A stretch of 64,000 nt of DNA, taken from NCBI RefSeq assembly GCF_001194135.2, contig NC_068995.1, forward strand, positions 34,866,308 through 34,930,307. The letters are read 5' to 3'. Each line of letters opens with the position of its first letter. The stretch's first letter is position 1. The notes beneath the pieces were generated by a model. It was not told where the DNA came from. It ran no database searches and was given only the letters and a program-made list of their open reading frames with translations. The position numbers were made by a program, and so were the translations under genes. This stretch comes from Octopus bimaculoides. Its lineage: Eukaryota. Positions 38,960 through 52,782 of the stretch are shown in pieces.

Positions 38960-40290
38960 TCACATATGCGTATCGCTGTTTCGTTTTTGCTGCCACCCAG
39001 CCTAAAAAGGAGCGATTCGTTGCAATTATCTATTTGAAACTTGTTGTAATCAGTTCTTAGAGCTTATTACAGGGCGCTGCATATCAATGATTCGGTGCAT
39101 CCTTTCAGATCACTTTTTGTTAGCCATCTCTAAGTGCTGGGCTTGTTTTTTTTTCTTCGATTTCTCTGAGGTATTGTCCCTGCAGTGATTTCATTTTCCA
39201 ATTGTTTCCTCTTTTCTTAAATGTTTATGGATGCATCACATTTTCGGTAGGTATTATATTGTTAATTCTAAGAGCGGTAAGGAATGATTCTCTCTGCTGT
39301 TTGATGTACCATCCCTAACTGTCATTCTCGCTGACAACACAGATCTTTCATCCTATGAGCCTCTTCTTCCTTTGTTCCTAGGCAATACAGCCTATAAAGA
39401 TCACTTTTAGGGCGTCGTTCCTCGTTAATTGTCGTCACTTTTCTGGTTTGCCTATATCGCATTTGGGAAACAGCCCATGTGTTCCTTTGCCCTAATCTTG
39501 TTTCTCCCATTGAGTCGACTTCTGATAATTAATTTGGTTCTTCTGAGATATTCTCGTCTAAAGCTTTCCTTCGTTTCAAGTTCCTTGATTTTGTCATATT
39601 CCAAAATACCTAGATACTTATATCCACCACTCTCAATATCCTTGATTTTATCACCATTGGGTAGTTCTGCACCATCAGAAGACACTACTTCGCCTTTTCG
39701 TACTATAAGTGTACAGCACTTTTTTACTTCCAAATTCCATCCCGATATCCTTACTGAATATCTGCACTGTTGAAGCTAGACCATTAATTTCACGTTCGGT
39801 CTTCCCAAAGATCTTTAAGTCATCCATATATAACAGATGATTTAATCTTCCTCCACTTTTCAAAGTATATCCCGATGTTGCTTTACGTAATATCTGTGTG
39901 AGGAGTACTATACAAATCATAAACAGCAGTGATGAGAGACTATCTCCCTCAAATATGTCTCTTTTGACGTTAACTTTCACCAAAGATTTCTACATAAAGT
40001 TAACTCTGTGTTGCAGTTCTTCATTTATCTCCTAAAAAAATGTGAGATGTTATCAGACACTTGTACCAGCTGAAGACTTTCTAAAATCCACGAATGGGGG
40101 AACCATGTCAAAATCTTTCTCATAATTGATCCAAACCATGCCCAAGTTAGTAAGTCTTTTCTAGCAGTCGTCCAGTAACATTCTGTCTATCAGAAGTTAG
40201 TCTTTTATCGCTCGGCATTCAATCTGCATTCCTTCTGTTCCACTGCATTCCTTCTGTTCCATTGGTAGTTTACCATTCATTTCCAGGAAG
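38960..40290 (-). mobile_element. R4/Dong-like LINE RT fragment
   Basis: KRDIFEGDSLSSLLF, LNHLLYMDDLKIFGK, FSKDIGMEFG, GYKYLGILE, EYLRRTKLIIRSRLNGRNKI, DFDMVPHSWI. Confidence 0.9.
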
Positions 40291-40295
40291 TTTAC

Positions 40296-40296
<1 letters not shown>

Positions 40297-40357
<61 letters not shown>

Positions 40358-40402
40358 TTATTATTGTCGTCGTCGTTGTTGTTGTTATTATTATTATTAT
40401 TA

Positions 40403-40464
<62 letters not shown>
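40297..40464. repeat. (ATT)n array
   Basis: Direct reading; separates two LINE pieces. Confidence 0.95.
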
Positions 40465-40469
40465 TATTT

Positions 40470-41089
40470 TTAATCTTCATATTTGTTACAATCACTTACC
40501 GAGACACACCCAGCGTCCTAGGGCCAGTGAAGGATAACAGATATTACAGTATAATTGAAAGCTTGGGGAGGGGAAGTGGCACGGTCAGTAGCGAGATATA
40601 TTCATGTAATACAATGCAGGTATTTAAATTGATAGGGGAATTCTAAGGATGTGGGCAGTGCTTGTCACCACAATCTTTTGGATTTCTTGGAGATATGATT
40701 TTCAAGGGATATTATGTAGAGGTTTCTGACATCCTTTTCTTGTTATACTTAGTGCACCAACAATAACAAGAACAGTTCTCACTTTAAGGTGTCACATCTT
40801 TTGTATTTCAGTTTCCATTTCCTTATATTTACTTAATTTGTCAATTTCCTTCACGGATATATTTTTACAAGTGAGAATACTTACATCTATTAGTCTACAA
40901 GCATTTTCTTCCCTATCTTTACTGACTATGTCTGGCCGATTAGCCTGGATCGTTCGGTCGGTGTTGACTGGAAAATCCCAGAGAATAGTGACATTTTTAC
41001 CTTCAGCGCCTGGCTCAGGGATGATGTTCATAGCAGTAAGCAGGATTGTTGATTTTGTAGTGTTTATATATTTTCCAATATAAATACTG

Positions 41090-41090
<1 letters not shown>
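40470..41090 (-). mobile_element. R4/Dong-like LINE 3' end (RLE domain and 3' UTR)
   Basis: VTILWDFPVNTDRTIQANRPDIV..LIDVS..KEIDKLSKYKEMETEIQKM..VIVGAL..TAHILR (PD..D..K motif). Confidence 0.9.

Positions 41091-41091
<1 letters not shown>

Positions 41092-41162
<71 letters not shown>
41092..41162. repeat. (ATT)n array
   Basis: Direct reading. Confidence 0.95.
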
Positions 41163-41164
41163 CA

Positions 41165-42624
41165 TGTGCTTTCCATGTTCTGTGGTCTGTTGTGATGCTC
41201 TTATTTTTACTGAACTGAATGTGTGCGGTGCCTAGTAGTGCTATTTTATGTTTGTTATATATATTTGTTAGTCCTGTTGTTTTTGTTATGCATTTGTCTG
41301 AATATATTTTTTATCATACCTAATGCTCCTGCTATTATAGGAATGGTTTCTGCTTTTAGACTCCCACATTCAAGTTACCTCTATTTCCATGTCTTTGTAT
41401 TTCTCTTAGAGAAACGTTGTCATCTGTTGGTATTGATACACCAATTAGAAATCTTTTTTTTCTTGATGGTCTCTGACAACTATATCTGGCCTATTGGTTT
41501 TAATTTCTCTGTGTGTGTTGGCATATCACGTAGTATGGTTGCCTTCTCATTTTCTGTGACCTTTTCTGGCATGTGACTATATCACCTTTTTTCTGTAGTT
41601 ATTCCATAGTATTGGCATAGCCTCCAGTGTATATAAGTCCCAATTCTGTCGTGTCTGTGAATATATTCCTTCCTAGCCAGGACTTGGAAATCAGAGACAA
41701 TATGATTTATTGTTTCTTGTCCATCGCCACATATTCTGCTGCTACTTGCATTTCTTTTCATTATATGTTTTTGGTAATTTCTGGTGGGAAGGCTTTGATC
41801 TCGTGTTGCAATTAAAAATCCTTCAATCTCTGCTTTGAGTCCTGAGCTTCTCAGCCATTGTTGGGATTTTGCTTTGTCTATTTCTTTTGCATTCAGTTTA
41901 ACCCAGTATTTGCCATAAAAGGGGCTTTTCTTGCAATCGTTTTACCATGATCCGTTGCTGTTCCAGTTTTATTTCGGATTTCAGTTGTTTTACAGCTTTT
42001 GTTGTTTCTTCTTTTCCTTCATTGTTGTTAGGTAGTATGACTTCTTGTTTGTATTTCTCAACTTCCTTAAAAACTGAAAACAGTTTTTTGTTTTGTTCGT
42101 GTTTTGTGGCTATTTGAATTAATTTTCTTTGCTTCTTGCAGTAGTATTTTTGTAGTCCTATGGTGGTTATTGTGTAATAGTTTTCTAGCTGTATAAGGCC
42201 TCTACCACCTTCTATACGTTGTATATAACCTTTCTATGTCAGATTTTGGGTGGTGCAGCCTAAATCTTATCATTATTTTTCTTGTCTTCCTCTCTATTTT
42301 GATTAGTTCATTTAGTGTCCAGTGAAGGATATTGTAGCTGTAACTTATAACTAGGACGGCTAGAGTGTAGATGCCTATATCTTGTTTTTCGCATGGAGCT
42401 TTGTTTTCGGAATTAATCTAACTCGTCTATAGTATTCTTTTTTTTATTTTCATTTGTGTGTGTTGTATTGTATCTAGTTCATTGATGCTTAAATATTTGT
42501 ATGTCTGGCTTTGGTGTAATCCTCTTTTTTCATTTGCTTTATCTAGTGTGATGTTGCTACTCTTAACTAGTTTTCCTCTCTTCAAGGTTGCTTTGGCACA
42601 TTTTTCTCAACCAAATTTCATGGA

Positions 42625-42625
<1 letters not shown>
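41165..42625 (-). mobile_element. 5'-truncated R4/Dong-like LINE bounded by (TAA)n on both sides
   Basis: KCAKATLKRGKL, TYKYL, EYYRRVRLI, RDQSLPTRNY, RICG..ETINHI, YIHRHDRIG.YIHW, NRPDIVV, IALLGTAHI. Confidence 0.85.

Positions 42626-42692
<67 letters not shown>
42626..42692. repeat. (ATT)n array
   Basis: Direct reading. Confidence 0.95.
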
Positions 42693-42693
<1 letters not shown>

Positions 42694-42694
42694 A

Positions 42695-42875
42695 TATTTC
42701 GGCATTTCTTATTCTGAGTTCTAATACCGCGCACGTCATCTTTGAGTATCATTTTATTGCGATCGATGAAATAAGTACCTGTGGATCACCGTGATTGATA
42801 TTACTAGTTAGTTATTTAACTGACTGGTACCCTCCTCTCAAAAGTTTACGCCTTGTGCATATTGTAGAAAGAAGA
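42695..42875 (+). mobile_element. Diverged SINE copy
   Basis: ttctgagttctaataccgc..gatcgatgaaataagtacc..cctcctctcaaaagttt..gccttgtgcatattgtagaaag aligns by eye to the 17/21/47 kb SINE family. Confidence 0.55.
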
Positions 42876-45804
42876 TGAAATATTACTATTCTTGTTGCTG
42901 GTGGTGGTGGTGACGGTATTGTTCTTCTTGTGACAGTTGCTGCTATTGTTACATCAGAAATACATAATCAATCTTGAAAAGCGTATTTGTTTTAGTTTCT
43001 TAATATGAGATACTTTCATGGCTTCACCATCGTCTAAATTCATTGTTGATGTATTGTAGTTAGGTTACAAATGACAACGACTTACCAAATATCGGCGGAA
43101 GCAATACACAATGCTCAAGGTCTCAGAAAGCAGGAAACAGACGAACAGAGAGACAGATAAGTAGGCATATCAGTAAGGAGATATCTATATAGAAATATAT
43201 AGAGTGATATAAGAGGTATAGTTAAAAATATATATGATGTCCATTCAATCATCTTTTGATAATATGCATGCTTTGCTTGGTTTTCAACAAGTTTTTGTTA
43301 TTTGGTAAGCTGGTTTGTCATTGTTTAATTTCATTGCAAATCAGAGGAATATGTTGCTATTCTTTGTTTTCCTCATTAGTGAATTAAATAAGTTGAAATG
43401 GAGTACTTCATAAAATCATCATATAATTATTTAATTGAATATTTTTTTCCTTTCTTAGCTACAAGCGTTTTGATATTTCTAGATAGAAATAGAAGCTAAT
43501 ACTTCAAGTTTGGTTGAATATCTTCAGCAGGAAGCTATAAGGTTCTTTTAAATTAATTAAATTAGTTACATTTTGAAAAGAGGTGTAAATGTAATGGATC
43601 GAGAGAGTAATTTTAATTTATTAGTTGTTTAGATAGATAAGCAACTTTAAATTGACTCAGACATATCGGAATTATTTTAAAACGTTCTAATTAATCTTTT
43701 TTCGCTGCTATAGATTCAGTATTTGGAGTCGAAGATAATTAATTCTAGCCATTTTCAGTGGGGAATTACTCGCCAACATGTAACATGTACTGCGCTCGTT
43801 CACGATCATATTTGTGCCTATATTCAAGAAAGATCCTTTATTCTTCGGTTAGAATTTGGGTAACATTGTAAGCTGCATATTCATTGGTTATTTGTTTTCG
43901 TTTCAAAGGAGGGAAGTATCTCGTTATGATTCTATTCTGTGTTCATCAAATAAAGTAAAGTGAAGTGAAATGATGTGCGTTGTATGATGTTTATATGCAT
44001 ACTTCATTTGATAATTTTTACTTCGATGATCAACTCAATAACAGACGTAAGCTGGAGTTGCTATTTTAATTTTGGTAAAAATCTCTTTAAGAGTTTATTA
44101 ATTACATTACCAACATTACCAGTTAAGGGTTTCTTAATTACATTATCAACATTACAAACATCAATAATTTGGAAAACAACGAGTAAAAAGTATTCGATTT
44201 AGTGTTGCCGTTACTCATCTGCTCTTTAATCAGTCACAATGCAGACATCTCGTTTCCTTCCGTTTCATTCAGGATATATTCTGTTTCTGTTATCTGCTCC
44301 GACTTTTATTTTACTATTCTTGCAAATTTCCCCCTCTTGCTATAATACTTCATCTCGTTCCAATCTCTGCGTGACGTTAAGATGTAACTGCTGCTTTGAG
44401 CCTTTCACTGGCGCTGTGTTGGATAAGAAGTCCCCTTTTGTCATCGATGCCCTACCGTGTCCAGTTCTGCCATTTGTGGCATTACTGACGAGACAATTTT
44501 GTTTGGCTTCAATCCCATTATCCTTATCCCCAGAGCTGCGACATGTGACTTCATACATGTACTTTAAGAATATATGTCATCATTGCTGCAGCTAGTTCTG
44601 TTGCACTTTCACTCTCCAAGCTAATTTTGCTTTTCCACAACTGAGCAGGGGTCCTCTTAAGGCTCTTACCCATATACACGTGACAACTAAGCGCTCTGCA
44701 CAGTACCGCTCAGTTTAATCGACTTCTACTTCAGTTTCCCAACTACATAAGACACCGAGATAATCTTGTGTGTTCCAGGAAAATCAGGAACTTGTTATCC
44801 AAACTAGAAACCAGCCGTTATAGGTAAACTCCATGCTTGTCACGTATCTCTACTGTGCTGCAAAGTTGTCAAGTTCAACACTAATAAATTTCGACGTTAT
44901 CTTCGTTTTTCTTTATCCCATAATGCTGAATGAGCATGTCGGTTGGTGCACTGTTTCTGCCGGTCTCCTCAGTATATCCTCGACTTTTAATATTCTGCAC
45001 ACATTTCCATATATTTTATCCTACCACACGTCGGTTATGGCTTTCTAAAACACCATCTTTATGTGTATATGGATGGTTTTTCAGTATTTTGAAACGCAGA
45101 GATATGATGCTTACGGTACTCATGTCTTTTCGAAAATAAAGTATGTAAGGAGACATTCGTGTCTGTAACATACCTCTTTCTTGCATTTTTGTTTTAGAAG
45201 CTGACCCTGCAGAATTTTGTTTTTGGTAAGCAGGGTTCCTTTCAAATAATTTGAGCGTTTGTTAATACAATTTATGCTTGTGTTTTCTTCACAAATTAAT
45301 TTTGTAATTATCAAATTGTTATTGTTTGTAACTATTTATAACTATAACCTCATAATTGTTATTTTTGGGGTTTCTGCTTCTCTAAATATGTTTTAATCTT
45401 GTTTCTTTTATAAGCTAGTGTTGTTTGAGACACAAATAAACATGCGAATATTTACTGATGTTTTCGCAAATACATGTGACCAAAGAAATGGTGAAAACTT
45501 CACACCCAGGTAGATATTTAGATGCTCATTTTACAAAAAGCAAANNNNNNNNNNNNNNNNNNNNNNNNNNNNNNNNNNNNNNNNNNNNNNNNNNNNNNNN
45601 NNNNNNNNNNNNNNNNNNNNNAAAAAAAAAAACCGAGACAATTTGAAACCAGAAGCAAGGGCACCACCTATAACAATAACAAATACCAACAATAACAACG
45701 ACTACGATGATGATGATGATGATAATAATTATAATAATAGTACGCTCTATTTCCATTATCCACGCAAATGAATAACGTTAAGAGAGAGTAAAATATCTTT
45801 GACT

Positions 45805-47500
45805 AGAAAATTAATCATATTTTCTATTTAGGTGATCTAAAATTGTTTGCCAAAAACGACAAAGAATTAGAAGAGCTATTGAATATCGTCAAAGAATTCA
45901 CCTCTGATATAGGTATGGAATTCGGACTTCATAGATGTGCAAAGGCTACTTTCAAGGCATGGAAGTTCATAAAAGTAGAAAACATGGAGCTTGATACTAC
46001 CACAGCTATTCGAAGCCTAGACCAATCCGAAATATATCTGGGAACCAATGAAGGTGATGGTATCCAGCAATCTGAAAAGAAACAGAAAATCCGCAAGGAA
46101 TGCTACCAAAGAGTAAGAATAGTCTTAAACTCAGAATTAAATGCTGCTAACAGAATTAATGCGGTCAATTCTGGCCATACCAGTAACTACATATAGCCTC
46201 GGTATCATTAAGTGGAATCTCACTGATATGCAAAATATGGATGGAAGGATCCGTAAAATTCTTACAAGGTACCGAATGCACCATCTAAAATCAGATGTAG
46301 ACAGGATTTATCTCCCAAGAAAAAGAGGTGGAAAAGGCCTGATGCAGCTCGAACAAAAATAGGCCTTGAAACGTACCTTAATACGAACTGCACTGAAACA
46401 TGAAGATTCCAAACAAGCTTCAGTCATGAAGCTTAGTCAGAAATTTAAAAGTCTCTTGACCTACAAGGTCACAATAAGAACGACCAAATACTGACAGACC
46501 TACCATTGCTTCTCCTGATTTAAACATTAACAGTCAGAAAGACCGAAGAGATCCAAATAGTGGCAACCCTATCATTGACGCAAAATCATCAAACAAAAAG
46601 CAAAGAAAGCTGGCATGAATATTATCGGAGACAGCTGGAAAGGTAAACTACTGCATGGAAAATACCCTGCCCGTCTATCCAAGCCAGATATTGATCGAAA
46701 TCTAACGCAGCAAAGGCTACAAGTAACAGGTCTGAAACGGGAAACAGAAGGTTTTTATACTGCAGTGCAAGATCAGAGCTTACCTACCAGAAACGTCCAT
46801 GCAAACGTCCTTAAAGATGGATCTGACCCCTCGTGCAGAATTTGTGGAAAATTCACAGAGACAGTTGATAATTTTTCTGGCTACCCTGTCCTCACTGAAA
46901 AGGAGTACCTCATAAGACATGACAGACTAGGGCAGTACATCCGCTGGAATGCTTGTTAATACTACAAAATTAAATCCTATGATAAGTGGTACAGGCACCA
47001 CCCAGAAGATATAGTAAATGGTGAGGGCGTTAACATCCTTTGGAACTTACCAATACAATCAGATAGAAAAATTGCCTCCAATCGACCAGACATTGTGATC
47101 AAGGACTACAACAGAGGAACATGTCTGTTAATGAATATGTCAGTCCTACAAGATCAAAAAGTCGAATACGAAAAGATTTCTCACAATAAAGATCTGCAAA
47201 TTGAAATCACAAACGTGTGGAAGCTTAGCACTACCAGTAGTAATTGATGCGTTGGGAATGATAAAGAAGAAGTATATTAAGCGACTTCTGGATAACTCCA
47301 ATCTCCATGAACTGCAAAAGGTAGCCTTGTTGAGTTGAGCCCATATACTACGGAAAGCGCTCTGTATCTAGAATAGAATAAATGGTAAATACGGTGATAA
47401 TTTTAGCATGCATAACAAAAAAATACCTTGCTACTCTTGGATTTCAGAGGATGCCCGGTACTAAGGCAGCTGAAATAAACTGCTAATGAAAGAAAATCAT
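45805..47500 (+). mobile_element. 5'-truncated R4/Dong-like LINE (RT C-terminus, zinc knuckle, RLE)
   Basis: INHIFYLGDLKLFAKND, FTSDIGMEFG..CAKATF, SDVDRIYLPRKRGGKGL, LHGKYP, QDQSLPTRN, CRICGKFTETV, RHDRLG, NRPDIV; followed by (AAT)n. Confidence 0.9.
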
Positions 47501-47501
47501 A

Positions 47502-47863
<362 letters not shown>

Positions 47864-47878
47864 ATTAATAGTATTAAT

Positions 47879-47966
47879 ACTCCTCTCTACTAAAGGCACG
47901 TGGCCTGAAATTTTAGAGGAGGGGATGAGTCGATTACATTCACCCCTGTGTTCAACTGGTACTTAT

Positions 47967-48007
<41 letters not shown>

Positions 48008-48175
48008 ATATCTATCTATCTATCTATCTATCCATCTATCTATCTATCTATCTAGGTCGTCCCTCAAGGATGAAAGGTAAAGTCGACCTCGGCGGAATTT
48101 GAAATCACAACGTAGCGACAGACGAAATACCGCTAAGCATTTCATCCAGCATGCTAACGACTCTACCAGCGTGCC
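47879..48175 (-). mobile_element. Second SINE copy with internal (TAGA)n expansion
   Basis: Same family head (tcaaattccgccgaggtcgactttacctttcatcc) split by (tcta)n at ~47968-48053. Confidence 0.8.
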
Positions 48176-48207
48176 TCTTTATGTAAGCTCGTGTGGCCAA
48201 TAAAAGA

Positions 48208-48252
<45 letters not shown>

Positions 48253-48588
48253 TAATGATAATAATGATATTTTAAAAGGATTGACGTAACTCTTCACAAA
48301 GGTAAACAGACAAGACAAAGAGCGCGATGAGATTGCAATAGATATTTTATTGGTTGAACGCTATTTCAACAGCAAGCCTGTCTTTGTTGAGTACAAAATA
48401 AAATATGATAAAAATTCAAAATTATAGAAATTAAAATTTAAAGTATGAACGAGAGCAACCAGCGTCCACACGTTGATGGAATGACATCATCAGTTTTTAA
48501 GTTTCAATTTTATAACAGGCCATAAGAAAAAGACAGAAAAAAGCGAGAAAAAAAAAGGAACGAAAAAAAGGGAAGTAAAAAAGAATAT

Positions 48589-49370
48589 TCAATCAAACTG
48601 TCTTGTGTTAATTTGATGATATTCTCCCGTCATTTTATTCATTCCTCTAGGGCCTGATGTCAATAACCCGCAAACATATTTCTCTTCATGAATTTTGAGT
48701 ATTGGAAGTGGAGCAGATTCAGAATATTTTCTGAGAATATGCACTTTCAAGTCTTTTTCAAAATTGCAGCCGTTTGAGGCAAAATGTTCGGAAAGTTCTA
48801 TCGAATAACTGTTATTGTGCTTGACGTCATATCTGTGCTCATTAAATATTTTGCTTAATTGTTCTGTTGTACGAGCAACATAAATCAAGTTGTGTTTCGT
48901 GCATTCTACCACATACACAAAATGGGAATCTCTGCATAATAATAAAGATACTATTGAGAACAATGAAAAAGAACTCTATTGCTGTTATATATCAGCTGGA
49001 ATGTTCAACCAAGTTTCAATATTCCAAGTAACTGTAAATATTCGTCATAGAAGGGTCGCGCTCCACTAGATTAGATCTGATATGCAGGTAATGTGTTGCA
49101 CATACAATTTTTTTTCCACATCACTTTCCATATTAATTGTGTCTTTCAATTTTCATATTGTGTAAATTTCTACAACGATATTTATTTACACACTTAGACC
49201 AATCGAATCATGTATATTTTTATTGTATAAGTTGCACTGTTTTTACTAATTGTTTGTATTTTTTGTTTTTTTTTACAGCCCAACCAATCCAAATTTGACT
49301 CTACTGTAGCTGAGGATATGGCGGATATTCATAACCAAAACACATTGCGTAATCTACAAAAAAGCATATG
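48589..49370 (-). mobile_element. Penelope-like element 3' fragment with an uninterrupted GIY-YIG ORF (48589-48963)
   Basis: HFVYVVECTKHNLIYVARTTEQLSKIFNEHRYDVK..ELSEHF..EEKYVCGLLTSGPRGMN; upstream KCGKK linker remnant and YPP segment. Confidence 0.8.
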
Positions 49371-49549
49371 TATATGCTTGTATATTTAGCTAATATATAT
49401 ATATATACATAAACATACATACACACACATATATACATATATGCATATATATATATATATGTATACATATATATACAAGTACATATATAAGATACATACA
49501 CGTATGTGTACACAAATATATATATCTATACTAGATACGCTTACACACA

Positions 49550-49594
<45 letters not shown>

Positions 49595-50091
49595 GTGTGT
49601 GTGTGTGTATGTATGTATACATATATGTGTGTGCCTGCATATATGTGTGTATGCGTGTATTATGTATACATGTATCTATTATACAATGTCACACATGCAG
49701 GCATACAGTTTCTGTTATTCAACTATTATCTTACCTTACAGGCATGTTAGGAAAATACTTAGGAAAGACGATTTCATTGAAGCTTTGGATTATATTGCAC
49801 AAAGAAACCTGTCAGCATACTGATCTGTTTTTTGGAAAATCCTATTTAATAATCCATGTTTACAAATAAAGTGACTCGCTATTATGTAATGTTCGTGCTT
49901 GATACGTAGCAATATTGGTATTAAGAAAACAGCAGTAGTAATATTAAGAATGTTGTGAAATCTCCAAAATATATAAAACGTAATGTATAAAAAATATTCA
50001 GTAATACCGAGATGTTCTAATAACTCCTTATCTGTTTATTGTCGTCTCTATCTTTCATAAATATCATGTAATGGTCAAACTGACTTTGATT

Positions 50092-51366
50092 TATTGTGGT
50101 TACAAGAAAGTAATTTCGGTCTTTTAATGTGAAATAAAGGGCATTTTTTCACACAAAAATGAACTTTAATCAGTTATATATTTTTCATTTTGTTCGATGA
50201 TCTTTTGCCATCTTTCGGCAATTTCATGATTCAGCGCTCATAGATCTTCTGGTCCTTATAAACCAAAAAAGGAAGCAAGTGCGATTTCAAGTCATCATCA
50301 TTATTGAAAGATTTACCATTCAAAGAATTTTCCAAACTTCGAAATAAATGGTAATCTGATGGTACACGATCAGGCCTATATTGTGGATGTGAAATCATTT
50401 CCCATTCAAGCTCCAGTAATTTTCCTCGAGTTGGCAAAGACGTGTATGGTTTAGCGTTGTCATGGTGGAACACAATTTTTTTTACAATTTGCCAATTCTG
50501 ACTGATTTTCTTTGATTGCTTCCTCCAGTTTCATTAGTTGTTGACAGTAAACATCTAAATTGATCGTTTGGTTCTTTGGAATCAGCTCAAAATCACTCAA
50601 AATTGACAGTATGACCTTTTTCGATACAATTCAGCTTTCGACGTAGTTTGTGTTGATTCATTACGCTTGGACCATGATCGTTTTCGATTGATGTTATTGT
50701 AGACAATCCATATTTCACCACCAGTGATGATTCGTTTAAAAGGAGGCTCGATTTCATTGCGTTAGAGCTGCATATCGCTAGTATTGATTTGTGGTGTTAA
50801 ATGAATCTCTTTCAATTTATGTGGAACCCAAATATCGAGCCTCTTAACGGGTCCAACACATTTTAAGTGATTTTCAATTGCTGTGTGTGATACAAGTAAC
50901 CTCTCTGCAATCTCACGCACAGCTGTATGACAATCCGATTCAATTATGGCTTTGATTCGGTCATCACCAACTTCAATAGATCGAACAGAACGTTGGTCAA
51001 CTTTGAGTGAAAAATCTCCAGAACAGAATTTTAAAAAACATTTCTGACATCTGCGTATTGTTAAGCAATCAACGCTATAAACTCCACATAACTCTTTGTG
51101 ATCCTCAGCGGCTTTCTTGCCTTTACGGAAATAAACAAAATAAAAAAAAACAAAAAAAAACAAAACAAAACAAAATATGACGAAAATGTTCATTTTTTTA
51201 CTCTCCATGTTAAAATTGACACTGAACTAACAGCTGTAAACAAATTTACGCGCAATTTGCTTCTAAAGGAAGCTAAAAGTAACGGCTTTCAAATGCCAAA
51301 GGGAAAAATGATAACATTGACAAAAGTCTTTCAAAGCAATCGTAACGAAATTACTTTCTTGCCAAC

Positions 51367-51372
<6 letters not shown>
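50092..51372 (-). mobile_element. Full-length (~1.28 kb) decayed mariner transposon
   Basis: TIRs tattgtggttacaagaaagtaatttcg (50092) and cgaaattactttcttgccaacccaata (ends 51372) with TA flanks; transposase motifs YFRKGK, WVPHKL, HHDNAKPYT, HPQYRPDRVPSDYHLFRSL. Confidence 0.92.
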
Positions 51373-51414
<42 letters not shown>

Positions 51415-51752
51415 GATAACCAAATCGCTGTCGCAGATTCTACTATAATCCATTTTGATTTCTTATCTCCCTAAATGAATATGATATACAAGAATAGACT
51501 GATACAATGAAAATTCAGATTCATAAATATAAACTTAATATTTTTAGTTGGAAACTGTTTCAAAAACATTGAATGTCCTCCAAAAATATGATATTATTTG
51601 GCGTATATATGCACGTGCACGTTCTCTGTCTATTTTTTCATACATACGCATAGACACACGAATGGAAGACACGCACACTCGTATGTACGTTCATTGTGCA
51701 CACACACAGTTACTCATATACATACATACATACATAATACACACACATACAT

Positions 51753-51783
<31 letters not shown>

Positions 51784-51838
51784 CATACATACATACATAA
51801 TACACACACATACATACACACACACACNNNNNNNNNNN

Positions 51839-51890
<52 letters not shown>

Positions 51891-52782
51891 TTAGTATATA
51901 TTCTGGCACCTTATATATTGATTATCATTTAAACTATCGAATGCTTGACTTGAAACTCCAAATCGTTATATTTCGTTTGATTCAATACTACGTACCACCA
52001 AGAGTTGGTTGACAGTACAAAGATACCATTTTATATAATTCAGTTTATTATATTTTGTTTGATTACTGATATGAAATCCTGTGAATACTGCTATGCTGTC
52101 AAGAAGGGAAAATAATAAACCAGTATATGTCACAGGACGAAACTTTTCATAAATTTAGTGTAAGAAAAGAATCTTTCTATAGCAATCAAGAAAGGGTTGA
52201 GCTTGGGCTAGACAAAATAATGTAGTATCTTTGTCTAAGAGGTAAAGAACGTCTGTCACAGTTCAAAGAAGTATCTTAGTTTTAACTATGATAAATAGTA
52301 TAGAGGGCAGTCAAGGTGACAGTCGTTAGCAAATTAGTAAGCAAAGAAAAACAAGATATATACGTACACACACGTACACAAACACATACACACACGATCA
52401 TTCACGTATGTATAGATTTTTATTTAACTATACAAACACACATACGTATATTGTTGTATGTCTCAGCTGACACATATGCGAGAAACCCCGTAAGTTCAAC
52501 TACACATCCGCATGTTAGATATACACAATTCATTCCTACATACGTGACAATGACTAACACACGCATCTGACTTGAAAAAGAGACATCTGGCTGAAAATTC
52601 TGAGACAATTATCAATAAAATTATCATAAAAATTCACACAAACACACATGCACACACACTCTCTCTGTCTCTCTTTCTATGTGTGTGTCTCTCTTTCACA
52701 CACGTACACACACTCATGCATAGAATTCCTTGCACAAATGTATGTATGTCTACACAAACATATATGTATATATGGACATATA

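Noticed and set aside
43757-43860. Short AG/GT-flanked open segment (WGITRQHVTC...)
   Set aside because: No homology recognised and no neighbouring compatible exons.
49279-49372. Exon-like segment after a strong polypyrimidine-AG (PNQSKFDSTVAEDMADIHNQNTLRNLQKS, faintly myosin-like)
   Set aside because: No good donor, motif spacing does not fit myosin, and the opposite strand continues the Penelope element.
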